Numbered from the stretch's first letter, positions 35,913 to 45,848 are shown. The stretch: DNA of 64,000 bases from an uncultured Gammaproteobacteria bacterium (GCA_964588955.1 CAZPQJ010000003.1:42-64041); one strand, 5' to 3'. The notes: generated by a model from the letters alone, not told the origin. Program-made: numbers and translations.

Positions 35913-37011
35913 AGGCAAAATTGCTTTAGCCCCTAAGGTGCATATTGAAACGCGTGAGGATTTAAGCTGGGCCTACACACCGGGCGTGGCTGCACCATGT
36001 TTGGCGATTCAGAAAGAGCCTTCGCAAGCTTGGGAACTCACCTCGCGCCGCAATTGGGTGGCAGTCATTACTGACGGTTCAGCCGTACTTGGGCTTGGGG
36101 ACATTGGACCGCTCGCTGGATTGCCGGTGATGGAAGGTAAAGCGGTGTTGTTCAAAGAATTTGCCAACGTCGATGCCTTTCCGATTTTGCTCAATACGCA
36201 GAACGTCGATGAGATTGTGGAGACGGTAAAACGTATTTCCTTGTCGTTTGGAGGAATCAATTTAGAAGATATTTCCGCTCCACGCTGTTTTGAAATTGAA
36301 GAGCGTTTGGTGGAAGCGTTAGATATCCCTTTGTGGCATGATGATCAGCACGGTACGGCGATTGTGGTGTTGGCTGGTCTTATTAATGCCTTGAAGCTGA
36401 CGGATCGCGAATTTGCCACCGCCAAAATGGTGATTAGCGGCGCGGGCGCGGCGGGGGTAGCCATCGCAAAAATTTTGTTGAGTCAAGGCGCGAAAGATGT
36501 CATTGCTGTCGATAGTAAAGGTATTATTTCTTTTTCGCGTGCAGATTTAAATGAATCGAAAAAGCGTCTACTTGTGCTCACTAATCCCAATAATGTTGAT
36601 GGTTCGCTCGCCGAGGCGCTTAAGGATGCGGATGTGTTTATTGGTGTTAGTGCTCCCGGCATTGTCACTGAAGAGATGGTCCGTTCCATGGCGCCGCAAG
36701 CGATTGTGTTTGCTATGGCGAATCCTATCCCAGAGATCATGCCAGATGTGGCTAAATCTGCCGGCGCGGCGATCGTTGCTTCCGGGCGCAGCGACTTTGC
36801 TAATCAAATCAACAATGTTCTCGCGTTCCCAGGCATGTTCCGTGGCGCACTCGATGCTGGCGCAAAAAAAATCACCGACGCGATGAAATTAGCGGCAGCA
36901 AAAGCGTTGGCCGAATATGTCCAAGAACCGACGCCTGACCACATCATTCCCAACGCGCTTGATAAAAACGTCGCCTATGTCGTTGCTAAAGCTGTTCAAG
37001 CGGCTGTCTAA
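35869..37011 (+). CDS. NAD(P)-dependent malic enzyme
   Basis: AYTPGVA, VMEGKAVLFK, INLEDISAPRCF, HDDQHGTA, GAGAAG. Confidence 0.94.
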   Translation: MNYDQTSLDLHRKHKGKIALAPKVHIETREDLSWAYTPGVAAPCLAIQKEPSQAWELTSRRNWVAVITDGSAVLGLGDIGPLAGLPVMEGKAVLFKEFANVDAFPILLNTQNVDEIVETVKRISLSFGGINLEDISAPRCFEIEERLVEALDIPLWHDDQHGTAIVVLAGLINALKLTDREFATAKMVISGAGAAGVAIAKILLSQGAKDVIAVDSKGIISFSRADLNESKKRLLVLTNPNNVDGSLAEALKDADVFIGVSAPGIVTEEMVRSMAPQAIVFAMANPIPEIMPDVAKSAGAAIVASGRSDFANQINNVLAFPGMFRGALDAGAKKITDAMKLAAAKALAEYVQEPTPDHIIPNALDKNVAYVVAKAVQAAV

Positions 37012-37663
37012 AATGTGTTTGATAATTGCCGGGGGCGGCTGCTTGCTGCTGTTGGCAATTTTTTTACTGACGTCTGTCATGGTTCCCTGGAAACGGATCG
37101 TTGAATTGAGTGACGCGCCATCCGCAAATTACACCGTTGTCATTGTTCCTGGAGCCAGTGTTCTTAGAAACGGTACGCCATCCGATGTATTGACTGATCG
37201 ATTGTTGACCGCGCTCGATTTGTATCAGGCGGGTAAGGTGAAGACCTTTTTACTTTCTGGCGATCATGGTCAAGATGGTTACGATGAAGTTAGTGTCATG
37301 CGGGACTTTTTGCTCGATCGCGGCGTACCAGGCGAAGATCTATTTCTTGATCATGCTGGCTTTGATACCTACGACACGCTCTACCGAGCGGTACATATTT
37401 TTGGTATCACCCAAGGAGCGATGATTGTTACGCAGCGGTTTCATTTGCCTCGGGCGATGCTGATCGCCGACGGATTGGGAATGTTTGAAACCACCGGCGT
37501 GATTGCCGACCGTCAGACGTACCTGAAAGCATCCGTATTTTCCGCCCGTGAATGGCCAGCGCGGGTTAAAGCATTGTTTGATGTTATCTTCAAATCTAAA
37601 CCGAAGTACTTAGGCGACCCCATCGACATAACTGGCGACGGAAGAGTCACTTGGGATAAGTAG
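36977..37663 (+). CDS. SanA/YdcF (DUF218) family protein
   Basis: IVPGA, DRLLTALDLY, LSGD, DHAGFDTYDT, VTQRFHLPRA. Confidence 0.9.
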   Translation: MSLLKLFKRLSKMCLIIAGGGCLLLLAIFLLTSVMVPWKRIVELSDAPSANYTVVIVPGASVLRNGTPSDVLTDRLLTALDLYQAGKVKTFLLSGDHGQDGYDEVSVMRDFLLDRGVPGEDLFLDHAGFDTYDTLYRAVHIFGITQGAMIVTQRFHLPRAMLIADGLGMFETTGVIADRQTYLKASVFSAREWPARVKALFDVIFKSKPKYLGDPIDITGDGRVTWDK

Positions 37664-37755
37664 ACTACACGTCTACCTAAAAGCGAAGCGGCCCCAAGAC
37701 GAAGTCTGTTGTCAACGTGGATGGCTGGTGCTAGCCTTTGGTGAGGAGGTCTCTC

Positions 37756-37935
37756 ATGCGTGAACAGGAAACTTCCCTCGGCGATCTCATCTCGAGCGTC
37801 TACGACGAGTTCCTCGCACTCTACGGCGACGAAGAGCTCGCCGCCGTCGCCACGGCGCAGGTCATCAACGAACTGCTTGCCAGCGAGGAGCCTGTCGTCT
37901 ACCACTACGGCTCTCAACAAGACTTCACGAGTTGA
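37756..37935 (+). CDS. Small acidic helical protein (GC-rich, SD-led class)
   Basis: GAGGAGGT-CTCTC-ATG; TTGTCA-17-TAGCCT; SLGDLISSVYDEFLALYGDEELAAVATAQVINELL. Confidence 0.75.
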   Translation: MREQETSLGDLISSVYDEFLALYGDEELAAVATAQVINELLASEEPVVYHYGSQQDFTS

Positions 37936-37990
37936 AGCCAGCTTTCCGCCTCGGTCGCCCTCTCGATCGAGGCTTCCGCTTTTTACGATG

Positions 37991-38932
37991 CTAAGCAAGA
38001 AAAAGTCGGTTCTTTTTTTCAACGACCAAATGATCCTGAACCATACGAGCAATCATGGCACGCAGCCAGGCATCGTCTTGGTGCGGATCAAAGATTGGAT
38101 CGATGGCGGATCCAATGTTTTTGATCAGTTTTCCATTGATGGACTCTCGCACCAGTTTTAATATCCTCCCGCGATAAATGCGGTCGGGATATTTTTTGTT
38201 ACGGTAGATTTTTTCGTTGGACTTTTTGATCATCGCTTTCGGTGTCTTGATTCGACCAGACAAAAACTTGTTTGCGGCTGGACACACCTCCCGCAGAGGA
38301 CAGTTGGCGCAGTCAGGCACTTTTTTACAAACGCTGGTGGCAAGGTCGAACAAGGCTTGGGGGACGAGATCAAAGTCGTTGCCTGACAAAAGTTTTGTCG
38401 ATTGCTTGCGAATTTTTTCGTCGAGCAACGGATCTGGAAACGTTACGCCCAGCAACAATCGGTCGAGGACGCGGCGGATGTTGGTATCAATCGGCATCAC
38501 GCGCTCCGCTCGTGTAAACACCGCTAATGCCGCAGCAGTGTACGGACCAATCCCTTTATAGTCTAGCCAGTCGTTAACAGTTTTTGGCTTTCCAACTTTT
38601 CCGCTTAGTATTTGTTTGGTACTTCGAATTTCGGATTTAGTATTTATATGTTGCCGCGCAATATCCCTCAAAGCGAGTGCTCGTCGATTATATCCAAGCC
38701 CCGCCCAGGCTCGGATCACCTCGCTGTTCGATGCCTCCGCCAATTTCGACCAAGTGGGAAACTGTTTCAGCCATTTTTTGTAATACAACAACACCCGCGG
38801 CACTTGCGTCTGCTGCAACATCATCTCTGAAACAAGAATTTTATACGGATCCCGTGTCCGTCGCCATGGCAAATTTCGTCCGTTTTTCTTGTACCAGGCA
38901 AGTAACTTACGGTCGGTGAGCATAGTGGACAA
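37991..38932 (-). CDS. mutY: A/G-specific adenine glycosylase (with in-frame repeat insertion)
   Basis: RNLPWR, VSEMMLQQTQV, WAGLGYNRRA, GIGPYTA, IDTNIRRV, C-x6-C-x2-C-x5-C Fe-S motif. Confidence 0.93.
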   Translation of the reverse strand: MSTMLTDRKLLAWYKKNGRNLPWRRTRDPYKILVSEMMLQQTQVPRVLLYYKKWLKQFPTWSKLAEASNSEVIRAWAGLGYNRRALALRDIARQHINTKSEIRSTKQILSGKVGKPKTVNDWLDYKGIGPYTAAALAVFTRAERVMPIDTNIRRVLDRLLLGVTFPDPLLDEKIRKQSTKLLSGNDFDLVPQALFDLATSVCKKVPDCANCPLREVCPAANKFLSGRIKTPKAMIKKSNEKIYRNKKYPDRIYRGRILKLVRESINGKLIKNIGSAIDPIFDPHQDDAWLRAMIARMVQDHLVVEKKNRLFLA

Positions 38933-38963
38933 TAGTGTATCAATCTGTTATGTTTTACGCACT

Positions 38964-39767
38964 ATGCAAGTTAAACGCGTGATCATCATCAACGACTGTT
39001 CCGATGCCAACGCCCGTTTGCGCATTGAATCGCAAGTGGCTATGGCTTTTCCTGGCGTGCCGACAACGTTTTATGCGGCTGAGCCGTTTGCCACCTTGTC
39101 ACTTAGTTTCTTGCTGGCGGAAAGTGAATTTATGGCGGGCGATGTTGTGTTGTTTAACGCTGCACCGCGTAATTCGAGCGATACCCACGTGGACAATCGC
39201 GCCGGAGCAATGGTATTCGTTACTCTCAAAAATGGCGCCGTTTTGGTTGGACCCAACGAGGGATTCTCGCTGTCGCTCATCCAAAACCAAGTGGAAAAGA
39301 TTGAAATGAAAAAAGATGACGATGGCAACAAATCTGGCTCACAGTTTCGTTCCGCTTATGTGTTCCCCAAGGCTGCGGGAGAATACGCGCGCGGAGAAGG
39401 AGAATATGAAGTTCAAGATCTGGCTAGCTGGCCGTGGAATAATGCGGCGATAGAACAAATCGTCTGGTTTGATTCATTCGACAACATTAAAACGTCGTCG
39501 ACCAAGAAGCTCGTCGACGGACAATCTTACACGGTGCGCTTTATTCGCGACGGTCGCTTGCTCGGAGAGATGAAATTGCCGTATCGGGAAAAAATGACTT
39601 TGCTCGCTCCGGGAGAGCTTGGACTCATTACCGGTTCAAGCTTTGGTCACACTGGCATTGAAGTGGTACGCCGCACTGGCATGGTCGGCCTCACTCGTAC
39701 GCGTCGGTATATTCACGAGCAATACGGCATTGAGTTGTTGGTAGAAGATGAAATCCAAATTTTCTAA
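38964..39767 (+). CDS. SAM hydroxide adenosyltransferase / chlorinase-fluorinase-like protein (DUF62)
   Basis: FNAAPR, LVGPNEG, SQFRSAYVFP, WFDSFDNIKT. Confidence 0.7.
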   Translation: MQVKRVIIINDCSDANARLRIESQVAMAFPGVPTTFYAAEPFATLSLSFLLAESEFMAGDVVLFNAAPRNSSDTHVDNRAGAMVFVTLKNGAVLVGPNEGFSLSLIQNQVEKIEMKKDDDGNKSGSQFRSAYVFPKAAGEYARGEGEYEVQDLASWPWNNAAIEQIVWFDSFDNIKTSSTKKLVDGQSYTVRFIRDGRLLGEMKLPYREKMTLLAPGELGLITGSSFGHTGIEVVRRTGMVGLTRTRRYIHEQYGIELLVEDEIQIF

Positions 39768-39781
39768 ATCGATGTCAAAAT

Positions 39782-39809
39782 CAAAACGACCCCCGAGAGG
39801 GTCGTTTTG
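39782..39809. terminator. Bidirectional intrinsic terminator
   Basis: CAAAACGACCC-CCGAGA-GGGTCGTTTTG. Confidence 0.8.
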
Positions 39810-39929
39810 CTACTTGGTCTTTTTTGCCGCCGCCTTCTTGTGGCGAATGGCAGCCGCTTTGCGTCGTCCGGCTTCCGCGACTTTACGTTCGGCTTTCCAA
39901 ACGTTGCGCCCCTTTTTTCTCATGCCCAT
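39810..39929 (-). CDS. Unannotated 39-aa basic protein
   Basis: MGMRKKGRNVWKAERKVAEAGRRKAAAIRHKKAAAKKTK; ctATG start; stop abuts the terminator. Confidence 0.6.
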   Translation of the reverse strand: MGMRKKGRNVWKAERKVAEAGRRKAAAIRHKKAAAKKTK

Positions 39930-39997
39930 AGTGGTCCCGGTAAGTTTGATTAAATTGCCAAATCATGATATCGAATATGTAAGACTAATGCAAATGT

Positions 39998-41497
39998 ATG
40001 ATGGTATTTAGCGTTCGAAAAGGGGATTTAACAAAAGAGAAAGGGGATCTGCTCGTGGTTAACGTTTTTGAGGGCTGGGATAAGACAGCTGGAGCTACGG
40101 GTGCTGTTGATAAAGCCCTAAAGGGCTTGTTGACAACGGTCGCTCGCGAAGATCAGTTTAAAGGCAAACTTGGTGAAGTGCTATTTTTACGCACGCATGG
40201 TCAGATTCCGGCTAAACGTGTGATGGTGGTCGGGCTTGGAAAAAAAGAGGAGTTTTGCGAAGAAACCGTTCGCGAAGTCGCTGCCGTGTCACTGAACCAA
40301 GCAGAAAGAATTGGTGCCAAAACGGTTATTTCTATTTTGCACGGTGCGGGAGCGGGAAAACTTGCCCCAAAGATTTCTGGAAAAGCAATGGTTGAGGGAG
40401 TGCGTTTGGCCGCTTACACGTTTGACGAATACAAAAAACAAAAAGCAGCACCAAAGGTGCAGGCATTCTCGATCGTCTCAAACGATGGACGCGATGTTGC
40501 ACAAGCGGCACTCGGTGTTCAGGTTGGCGAATTAAATGCTAAAGGAACCATGCTTGCGCGCCATCTCGTTAATACGCCATCGGGTCACATGCAACCAGCC
40601 ACACTTGTGGAAACGGCTCGCCGTATTGTACGCGAAAGCAAAGGAGCCGTAACGATGAAGGTGTACGATTACGCCGCACTGAAAAAAATGGGAGCTGGTG
40701 GTCTTCTCGGTATTTCGCAAGGCTCGGATCATCCGCCGGTGATGGTGCACCTTCGTTACGCTCCACGAGGTGCCAAGAAACATGTTAGCCTTGTCGGCAA
40801 GGCGATTACCTTTGACTCCGGTGGATTGTCGATTAAACCAGCAGAAGCCATGTACACCATGAAGTGCGATATGGCCGGTTCTGCGGCCGTGCTCGGCGTG
40901 TTTGATGTAATTGCTAAAGAGAAGCCAAAAGTAATTGTTGATGGCATCTTTGGAGCTTGTGAAAACTTGCCATCTGGTAAGGCAATTCGCCCGGGCGATG
41001 TGGTCAAAACACTCAACGGCAAAACCATTGAGGTGTTGCATACGGATGCTGAGGGGCGGGTAACATTGGCGGACACACTCGCTTATGCCGCGCGCTTGAA
41101 GCCGGATGCGATTGTTGATTTGGCTACCTTGACTGGCGCCTGCATGGTGGCGCTTGGTGAAGAAATTTCTGGCGCTATGAGCAACAACAAAAAATTGGTT
41201 GGTAAAGTACTTGCCGCGGCGGAGTCGGCCGGGGAGAAGATGTGGGAGTTGCCGCTGGAAAAAAACTACAAAAAGGAGATCAAGTCAGAAGTGGCAGACT
41301 ATCGCAACATCGCCGGACGTTGGGGTGGAGCGTTGACGGCTGGATTACTGTTGGAAGAATTTGTTGACGGCTTGCCGTGGGTGCACCTCGACATCGCCGG
41401 CCCTGCTTTTGCGGAACGACCATTGAATGCGTATACGTCTCGAGGTGGATCGGGGGCGGGAGTGAGGACACTGTTGGAGTTTCTTCGAAGTTATTAG
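39998..41497 (+). CDS. pepA: Leucyl aminopeptidase (M17)
   Basis: LVGKAITFDSGG, MKCDMAG, HTDAEGR, DLATLTG, WVHLDIAG. Confidence 0.96.
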   Translation: MMVFSVRKGDLTKEKGDLLVVNVFEGWDKTAGATGAVDKALKGLLTTVAREDQFKGKLGEVLFLRTHGQIPAKRVMVVGLGKKEEFCEETVREVAAVSLNQAERIGAKTVISILHGAGAGKLAPKISGKAMVEGVRLAAYTFDEYKKQKAAPKVQAFSIVSNDGRDVAQAALGVQVGELNAKGTMLARHLVNTPSGHMQPATLVETARRIVRESKGAVTMKVYDYAALKKMGAGGLLGISQGSDHPPVMVHLRYAPRGAKKHVSLVGKAITFDSGGLSIKPAEAMYTMKCDMAGSAAVLGVFDVIAKEKPKVIVDGIFGACENLPSGKAIRPGDVVKTLNGKTIEVLHTDAEGRVTLADTLAYAARLKPDAIVDLATLTGACMVALGEEISGAMSNNKKLVGKVLAAAESAGEKMWELPLEKNYKKEIKSEVADYRNIAGRWGGALTAGLLLEEFVDGLPWVHLDIAGPAFAERPLNAYTSRGGSGAGVRTLLEFLRSY

Positions 41498-41498
41498 G

Positions 41499-41630
41499 GA
41501 AATCCGAAATTCGAAGTACCAAATCCGAAACAATCGGAAAAAGGAAAATCCCAATCGGAAAACTGTTTGGGACTTTTCTTTTTTCCGATTAGAATTTGTT
41601 TGGTACTTCGAATTTCGGATTTCGAATTTA
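41499..41630. repeat. Palindromic MITE-like repeat with 25-bp perfect inverted arms
   Basis: GAAATCCGAAATTCGAAGTACCAAA (41499-41523) is the reverse complement of 41599-41623; right arm also present in mutY at 38597-38646. Confidence 0.85.
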
Positions 41631-41669
41631 ACATCCAGCCTACGCCGGTTTTAAGTTTACAAAACAATC

Positions 41670-42194
41670 CTAAGCCTTTCCGAGTGACTCCGTCCCCGGC
41701 TCCCACTCCATTTGGCAGAGCTCACCAGACTGCAATGCCTCGACCACACGCAGGGTCTCTTTGACCGAACGCCCGACCGATCCAGCACTTACGAGAGCGT
41801 ATTTAACGATTCCTTCCGGATCAATCACAAACAGTCCGCGTTCAGAAAGGCCGTCTTTTTCGTTATACACGTCATACGCTTTAGAAACGGCGTGGGTAGT
41901 GTCGGCGAGCACGGGGTATTCCACTTCTTTCAAGTCGCGCTCAAACCAGTTTTTGTGGCTCCACTCGGAATCTGTCGAAGCACCAACGACTTCGCAGTTC
42001 ATCTTTTCGAATTCGGCGCGGTGAGCGCTGAAGCCTTTAATCTCTGTAGGGCAGATAAAGGTGAAGTCGCGGGGGTAAAAGAAGAATACCAACCACTTAC
42101 CTTTGTAATCCGCTAAGCTCACCGAGTGAAACTCACCTTTGTGGTAAGCCATCACGTCTTTAAACTCCGGTGCCGGTTGTCCAACATGAATCAT
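41670..42194 (-). CDS. ahpC: 2-Cys peroxiredoxin
   Basis: FFYPRDFTFICPTE, RGLFVIDPEG, GRSVKETLR, ELCQMEW. Confidence 0.93.
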   Translation of the reverse strand: MIHVGQPAPEFKDVMAYHKGEFHSVSLADYKGKWLVFFFYPRDFTFICPTEIKGFSAHRAEFEKMNCEVVGASTDSEWSHKNWFERDLKEVEYPVLADTTHAVSKAYDVYNEKDGLSERGLFVIDPEGIVKYALVSAGSVGRSVKETLRVVEALQSGELCQMEWEPGTESLGKA

Positions 42195-42212
42195 AAGATA
42201 GTGGTTAAGTGG

Positions 42213-42812
42213 TTAGTGGCTAGTTGCCGTCTTCGTAAATCGCTCCTCCACGACGCTCCAATCAATGGCGCTCATGAACGCGGTAATGTAGTCGGCACGT
42301 TTAATGCCATAGTCAGTCATGTACGCGTGCTCGAAGACGTCCATAATGAGAAGGGGGGTCGTTTCCACACGGTGTCCGACGTCGTGCTCGTTTACCCAGG
42401 TATTCGCAAACATTCCCGCTTCTGCATCGAAGACAAGGACAACCCAGCCGATGCCGCGCATCGATCCCGTAGCAACAAAGTCTTTCTGCCACGCTTCGAG
42501 ACTGCCGTACTGAGCAATGAGTTTTTTCGAGAGTTCGGAATCTTCGCCTAGCGCTTTTCCTCCGTTTATCATGTTGCCAAAGTACAACTCATGTAGACGA
42601 ACCCCATTGAACTCCCAAGCGGAGCGGCGCTTGATCTCTGCGTACTCGATCGATCCAAATTGATCGTTAGCACGTAACTCCGAAAAACGTTCGTGAAGCG
42701 CGTTCAGATTTTTCATATATCCCTGATACAGCGTAAAGTGGTTCTTGAGCATCGTCTCGGAGAACCCAGGGGTTCCCAGAAGATGGTCAAAGTTCTTTGC
42801 AACGTATTCCAT
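42213..42812 (-). CDS. Fe/Mn superoxide dismutase family
   Basis: NHFTLYQGY, NGVRLHELYF, GIGW, MDVFEHAY. Confidence 0.92.
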   Translation of the reverse strand: MEYVAKNFDHLLGTPGFSETMLKNHFTLYQGYMKNLNALHERFSELRANDQFGSIEYAEIKRRSAWEFNGVRLHELYFGNMINGGKALGEDSELSKKLIAQYGSLEAWQKDFVATGSMRGIGWVVLVFDAEAGMFANTWVNEHDVGHRVETTPLLIMDVFEHAYMTDYGIKRADYITAFMSAIDWSVVEERFTKTATSH

Positions 42813-42957
42813 AGAATCTTTGTTATTTCCTCTGTAAATGTTATCCTGATTAGGAAGAAATGTCTATGAAACACCATTGGCGTATTTTGTTGGCTTTACT
42901 GGCAGTTGGCCTTGGAGTCGCGGCCTATCTGTTTTGGAAAAGCATGATTGCTTCCCT

Positions 42958-43707
42958 ATGAGTCGATTCCTGCGCGGATTGTTGATCGCGGGGGTTGTTT
43001 TGTTGTTGGTGGGAGGAATGGTTGTGGAGATTCGCAATCATCTGCCGCTTACAACTCCCGCGTTTGATGGGGTGGTAGACAGCGGATCTGGTGGTAACAT
43101 TCCGGCCATCAATCAACCGCGATTTGACACAGTCAAAGTAGCGGACGCCTACCTGAGCGACGATGGCTTAGGGATTGATTTCGCTGTCGGATCGACGCAT
43201 CGTTTTTATCCCTATCAAATTCTCGTCTGGCACGAAGTAGTTAATGATGAGATCAACGGCACGCCGATCGTTGTTACGTACGATCCACTTTGTGGCTCCG
43301 GCATGGTGTTTGATCGAACCTATAACGGCACAACCTATACATTTTCTGTCGCCGATAAAGTCAAGAATAATAACTTGCTGATGCAAGACGGCCAGTCAGA
43401 TGATCTGTGGTCTCAGATTGGGGACACACGATTAAATTATTGGGCGTCGACGGTTGAATCGTGGAAAACGTTTAAGGCCGAACATCCAGACGGCGAGGTG
43501 CTTTCGCGATCTACGGGCGCGATTCGTGATTACACGAGTAATCCGTATGGGGATTACGCGACAAGCGATACAATCTACTTTCCGTTGACGACGCTGGATG
43601 GCACACGTCCTCCTAAAGAAATAGTCGTGGGAGAACGCGGTGAGCAGATGTATTGGTTTTGCTGGGCGGCTTTTCATCCTGGTCAGGAGCCCGTGTCCTC
43701 TCTTTAA
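42958..43707 (+). CDS. DUF3179 exported protein
   Basis: IPAINQPRF, YPYQILVWHEVVND, VTYDPLCGSG, YWFCWAAFHP. Confidence 0.85.
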   Translation: MSRFLRGLLIAGVVLLLVGGMVVEIRNHLPLTTPAFDGVVDSGSGGNIPAINQPRFDTVKVADAYLSDDGLGIDFAVGSTHRFYPYQILVWHEVVNDEINGTPIVVTYDPLCGSGMVFDRTYNGTTYTFSVADKVKNNNLLMQDGQSDDLWSQIGDTRLNYWASTVESWKTFKAEHPDGEVLSRSTGAIRDYTSNPYGDYATSDTIYFPLTTLDGTRPPKEIVVGERGEQMYWFCWAAFHPGQEPVSSL

Positions 43708-43720
43708 TGCATAAACGTGT

Positions 43721-44392
43721 ATGGCAACTCTTTCGATCGTGGCCACACCTATTGGAAATCTAAAAGACATTACCCTTCGCGCGATAGAAACGTTAAAAGA
43801 CGTCGATGTTGTTTTGTGTGAAGACACCCGTGTCACGATGAAACTTTTGTCCCATTTAGAACTCAAAAAAAAACTGATAAGTTTTCACGAGCATTCGGAT
43901 CGTCATAAACTCGACGAGGTCCTCGATGTGCTGCGTGGCGGATCGAACGTCGCCCTCGTGACCGACGCGGGCACCCCAAGCGTTTCCGATCCTGGCGCCT
44001 GGCTGGTACGCGAAGTGACGCGATCGTTGCCGGATGTTGTCATCACGACTATTCCTGGACCATCCGCCGTGGCCGCCGCCATCTCTATTTGCGGATTCGA
44101 CGGCTCTGAGTTTGTCTTCATGGGCTTTCCGCCACACAAGAAGGGGAGGAAAGCGTTTTTTGATCGTCTGGCCGCGGAGGAACGCATCGTCGTCGTGTAC
44201 GAGTCGACCCACCGCATTATGAAAGCCATGGAAGAGCTGTGTGAACGCTTAGGTGACCGTCCCCTGGTCGTTTGCCGGGAACTCACCAAAGCCTTTGAAA
44301 CCATCTATCGCGGCACCGCCGACGAGGTGACAGAACAGCTCAAAACAGGTAGCATTAAAGGAGAATTTGTGATTGTTGTTGGATCTGTATGA
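43721..44392 (+). CDS. rsmI: 16S rRNA (cytidine1402-2'-O)-methyltransferase
   Basis: VATPIGNLKDIT, CEDTR, DAGTPSVSDPG, YESTHR, RELTK. Confidence 0.96.
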   Translation: MATLSIVATPIGNLKDITLRAIETLKDVDVVLCEDTRVTMKLLSHLELKKKLISFHEHSDRHKLDEVLDVLRGGSNVALVTDAGTPSVSDPGAWLVREVTRSLPDVVITTIPGPSAVAAAISICGFDGSEFVFMGFPPHKKGRKAFFDRLAAEERIVVVYESTHRIMKAMEELCERLGDRPLVVCRELTKAFETIYRGTADEVTEQLKTGSIKGEFVIVVGSV

Positions 44393-45822
44393 AGACGTTT
44401 TACGTGAGCACCCCCATTTATTACGTGAATGACAAACCGCACATTGGCCACGCCTACTCCACGATTGCGGCAGATATTTTGGCGCGCTATCACCGTTTGC
44501 TTGGTGAAGAGGTGTTCTTTTTAACCGGCACGGACGAGAATTCGCAGAAAAATATTGATGCCGCCAAGAAAGCCGGTGAAGAAGATATCCAAGCGTACCT
44601 GGATCGCATGAGCGGGGTGTGGCAGTCCACCTGGAAAACCCTTGGTCTCACTAACGACGATTTTATTCGTACCACACAAGAACGTCATAAAATGGGCGTG
44701 GAAAAATTTTGGGGCGCGGCGGCCGAGCGCGGTGATATTTACGAAGGCCGGTACGAAGGATTGTATTGCGTCGGCTGCGAGGAATACAAAAAAGAAGATG
44801 ATTTGGTTGACGGTCTCTGCCCTATGCACAAAAAGGCGCCAGAGAAATTGTCAGAGAAGAATTATTTTTTCAAACTTACTAATTACCGCGAGGCGCTCCT
44901 TAAGCATATTGACGATCATCCAGACTTTATTCAGCCGATGAGTCGTCGCAACGAAGTGCGTTCCTACGTCGACAAGTTCATGACTGACACGAGCATCTCT
45001 CGCGAAACGGTCAAATGGGGGATTAGCGTGCCGAATGACGAGAGTCAACGGATTTATGTGTGGTTTGATGCCTTGATCAACTATTTGACCGGTGTTGGTT
45101 ATGGAACCGATGAAGGAAGGTTTCAGAAGTTTTGGCCAGCCAACCTACACATCGTCGGCAAAGACATTATTAAATTCCACTGCGCTCTGTGGCCAGCGAT
45201 GCTTATGAGCGCGGGGTTGCCGTTGCCTGAGCGCGTTTTTGCTCACGGGTTTTTTACCATCGACGGCGAGAAGATTTCCAAGTCGCTTGGTAATGCCATT
45301 GATCCTGTTGAACTCGCTCAGGACTTCGGCGTCGACGCCGTGCGCTACTTTTTGATGCGCGAAATTTCTTTTGGCGAAGACGGCGATTTCTCTCGATCGC
45401 GTTTGGAACAGCGTTACGACGGCGAGCTGGCGAGTGAGCTTGGTAATCTTGTAAATCGTGTTCTCGTGATGGCTAACAAATATGGTGTTGGCGCCATCGC
45501 GGAAAAAGCTCCTGTTCTGCCTTCTGAATATCACCAAGCCATGATCGACATTCGTCTGCACGACGCTCTGCAAGAGGCGTTCCGTATGGTGCGCGAAGCC
45601 AATCAATACATTGATCAACAAGCACCTTGGAAACTTGCTAAAGAAGGGAAGCAAGAAGAGGTTGCGGCGGTGCTGACAAAACTGCTGGAAATGATCACTC
45701 AGATTGCCGGCATGCTCGTCCCGTTTATGCCGACCACGGCAGATAAAATCAACGAGCAACTTGTGTCGATGATTCCGACGCCAATCTTCCCTCGTCGTGA
45801 TCCGTCCGCCCCAACGAGCTAA
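44389..45822 (+). CDS. metG: Methionyl-tRNA synthetase
   Basis: TPIYYVN..PHIGHAY, YVWFDAL, GKDI..FH, KISKS. Confidence 0.96.
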   Translation: MKTFYVSTPIYYVNDKPHIGHAYSTIAADILARYHRLLGEEVFFLTGTDENSQKNIDAAKKAGEEDIQAYLDRMSGVWQSTWKTLGLTNDDFIRTTQERHKMGVEKFWGAAAERGDIYEGRYEGLYCVGCEEYKKEDDLVDGLCPMHKKAPEKLSEKNYFFKLTNYREALLKHIDDHPDFIQPMSRRNEVRSYVDKFMTDTSISRETVKWGISVPNDESQRIYVWFDALINYLTGVGYGTDEGRFQKFWPANLHIVGKDIIKFHCALWPAMLMSAGLPLPERVFAHGFFTIDGEKISKSLGNAIDPVELAQDFGVDAVRYFLMREISFGEDGDFSRSRLEQRYDGELASELGNLVNRVLVMANKYGVGAIAEKAPVLPSEYHQAMIDIRLHDALQEAFRMVREANQYIDQQAPWKLAKEGKQEEVAAVLTKLLEMITQIAGMLVPFMPTTADKINEQLVSMIPTPIFPRRDPSAPTS

Positions 45823-45848
45823 TTGCCAATTACTAATCCTTGCTCTTT

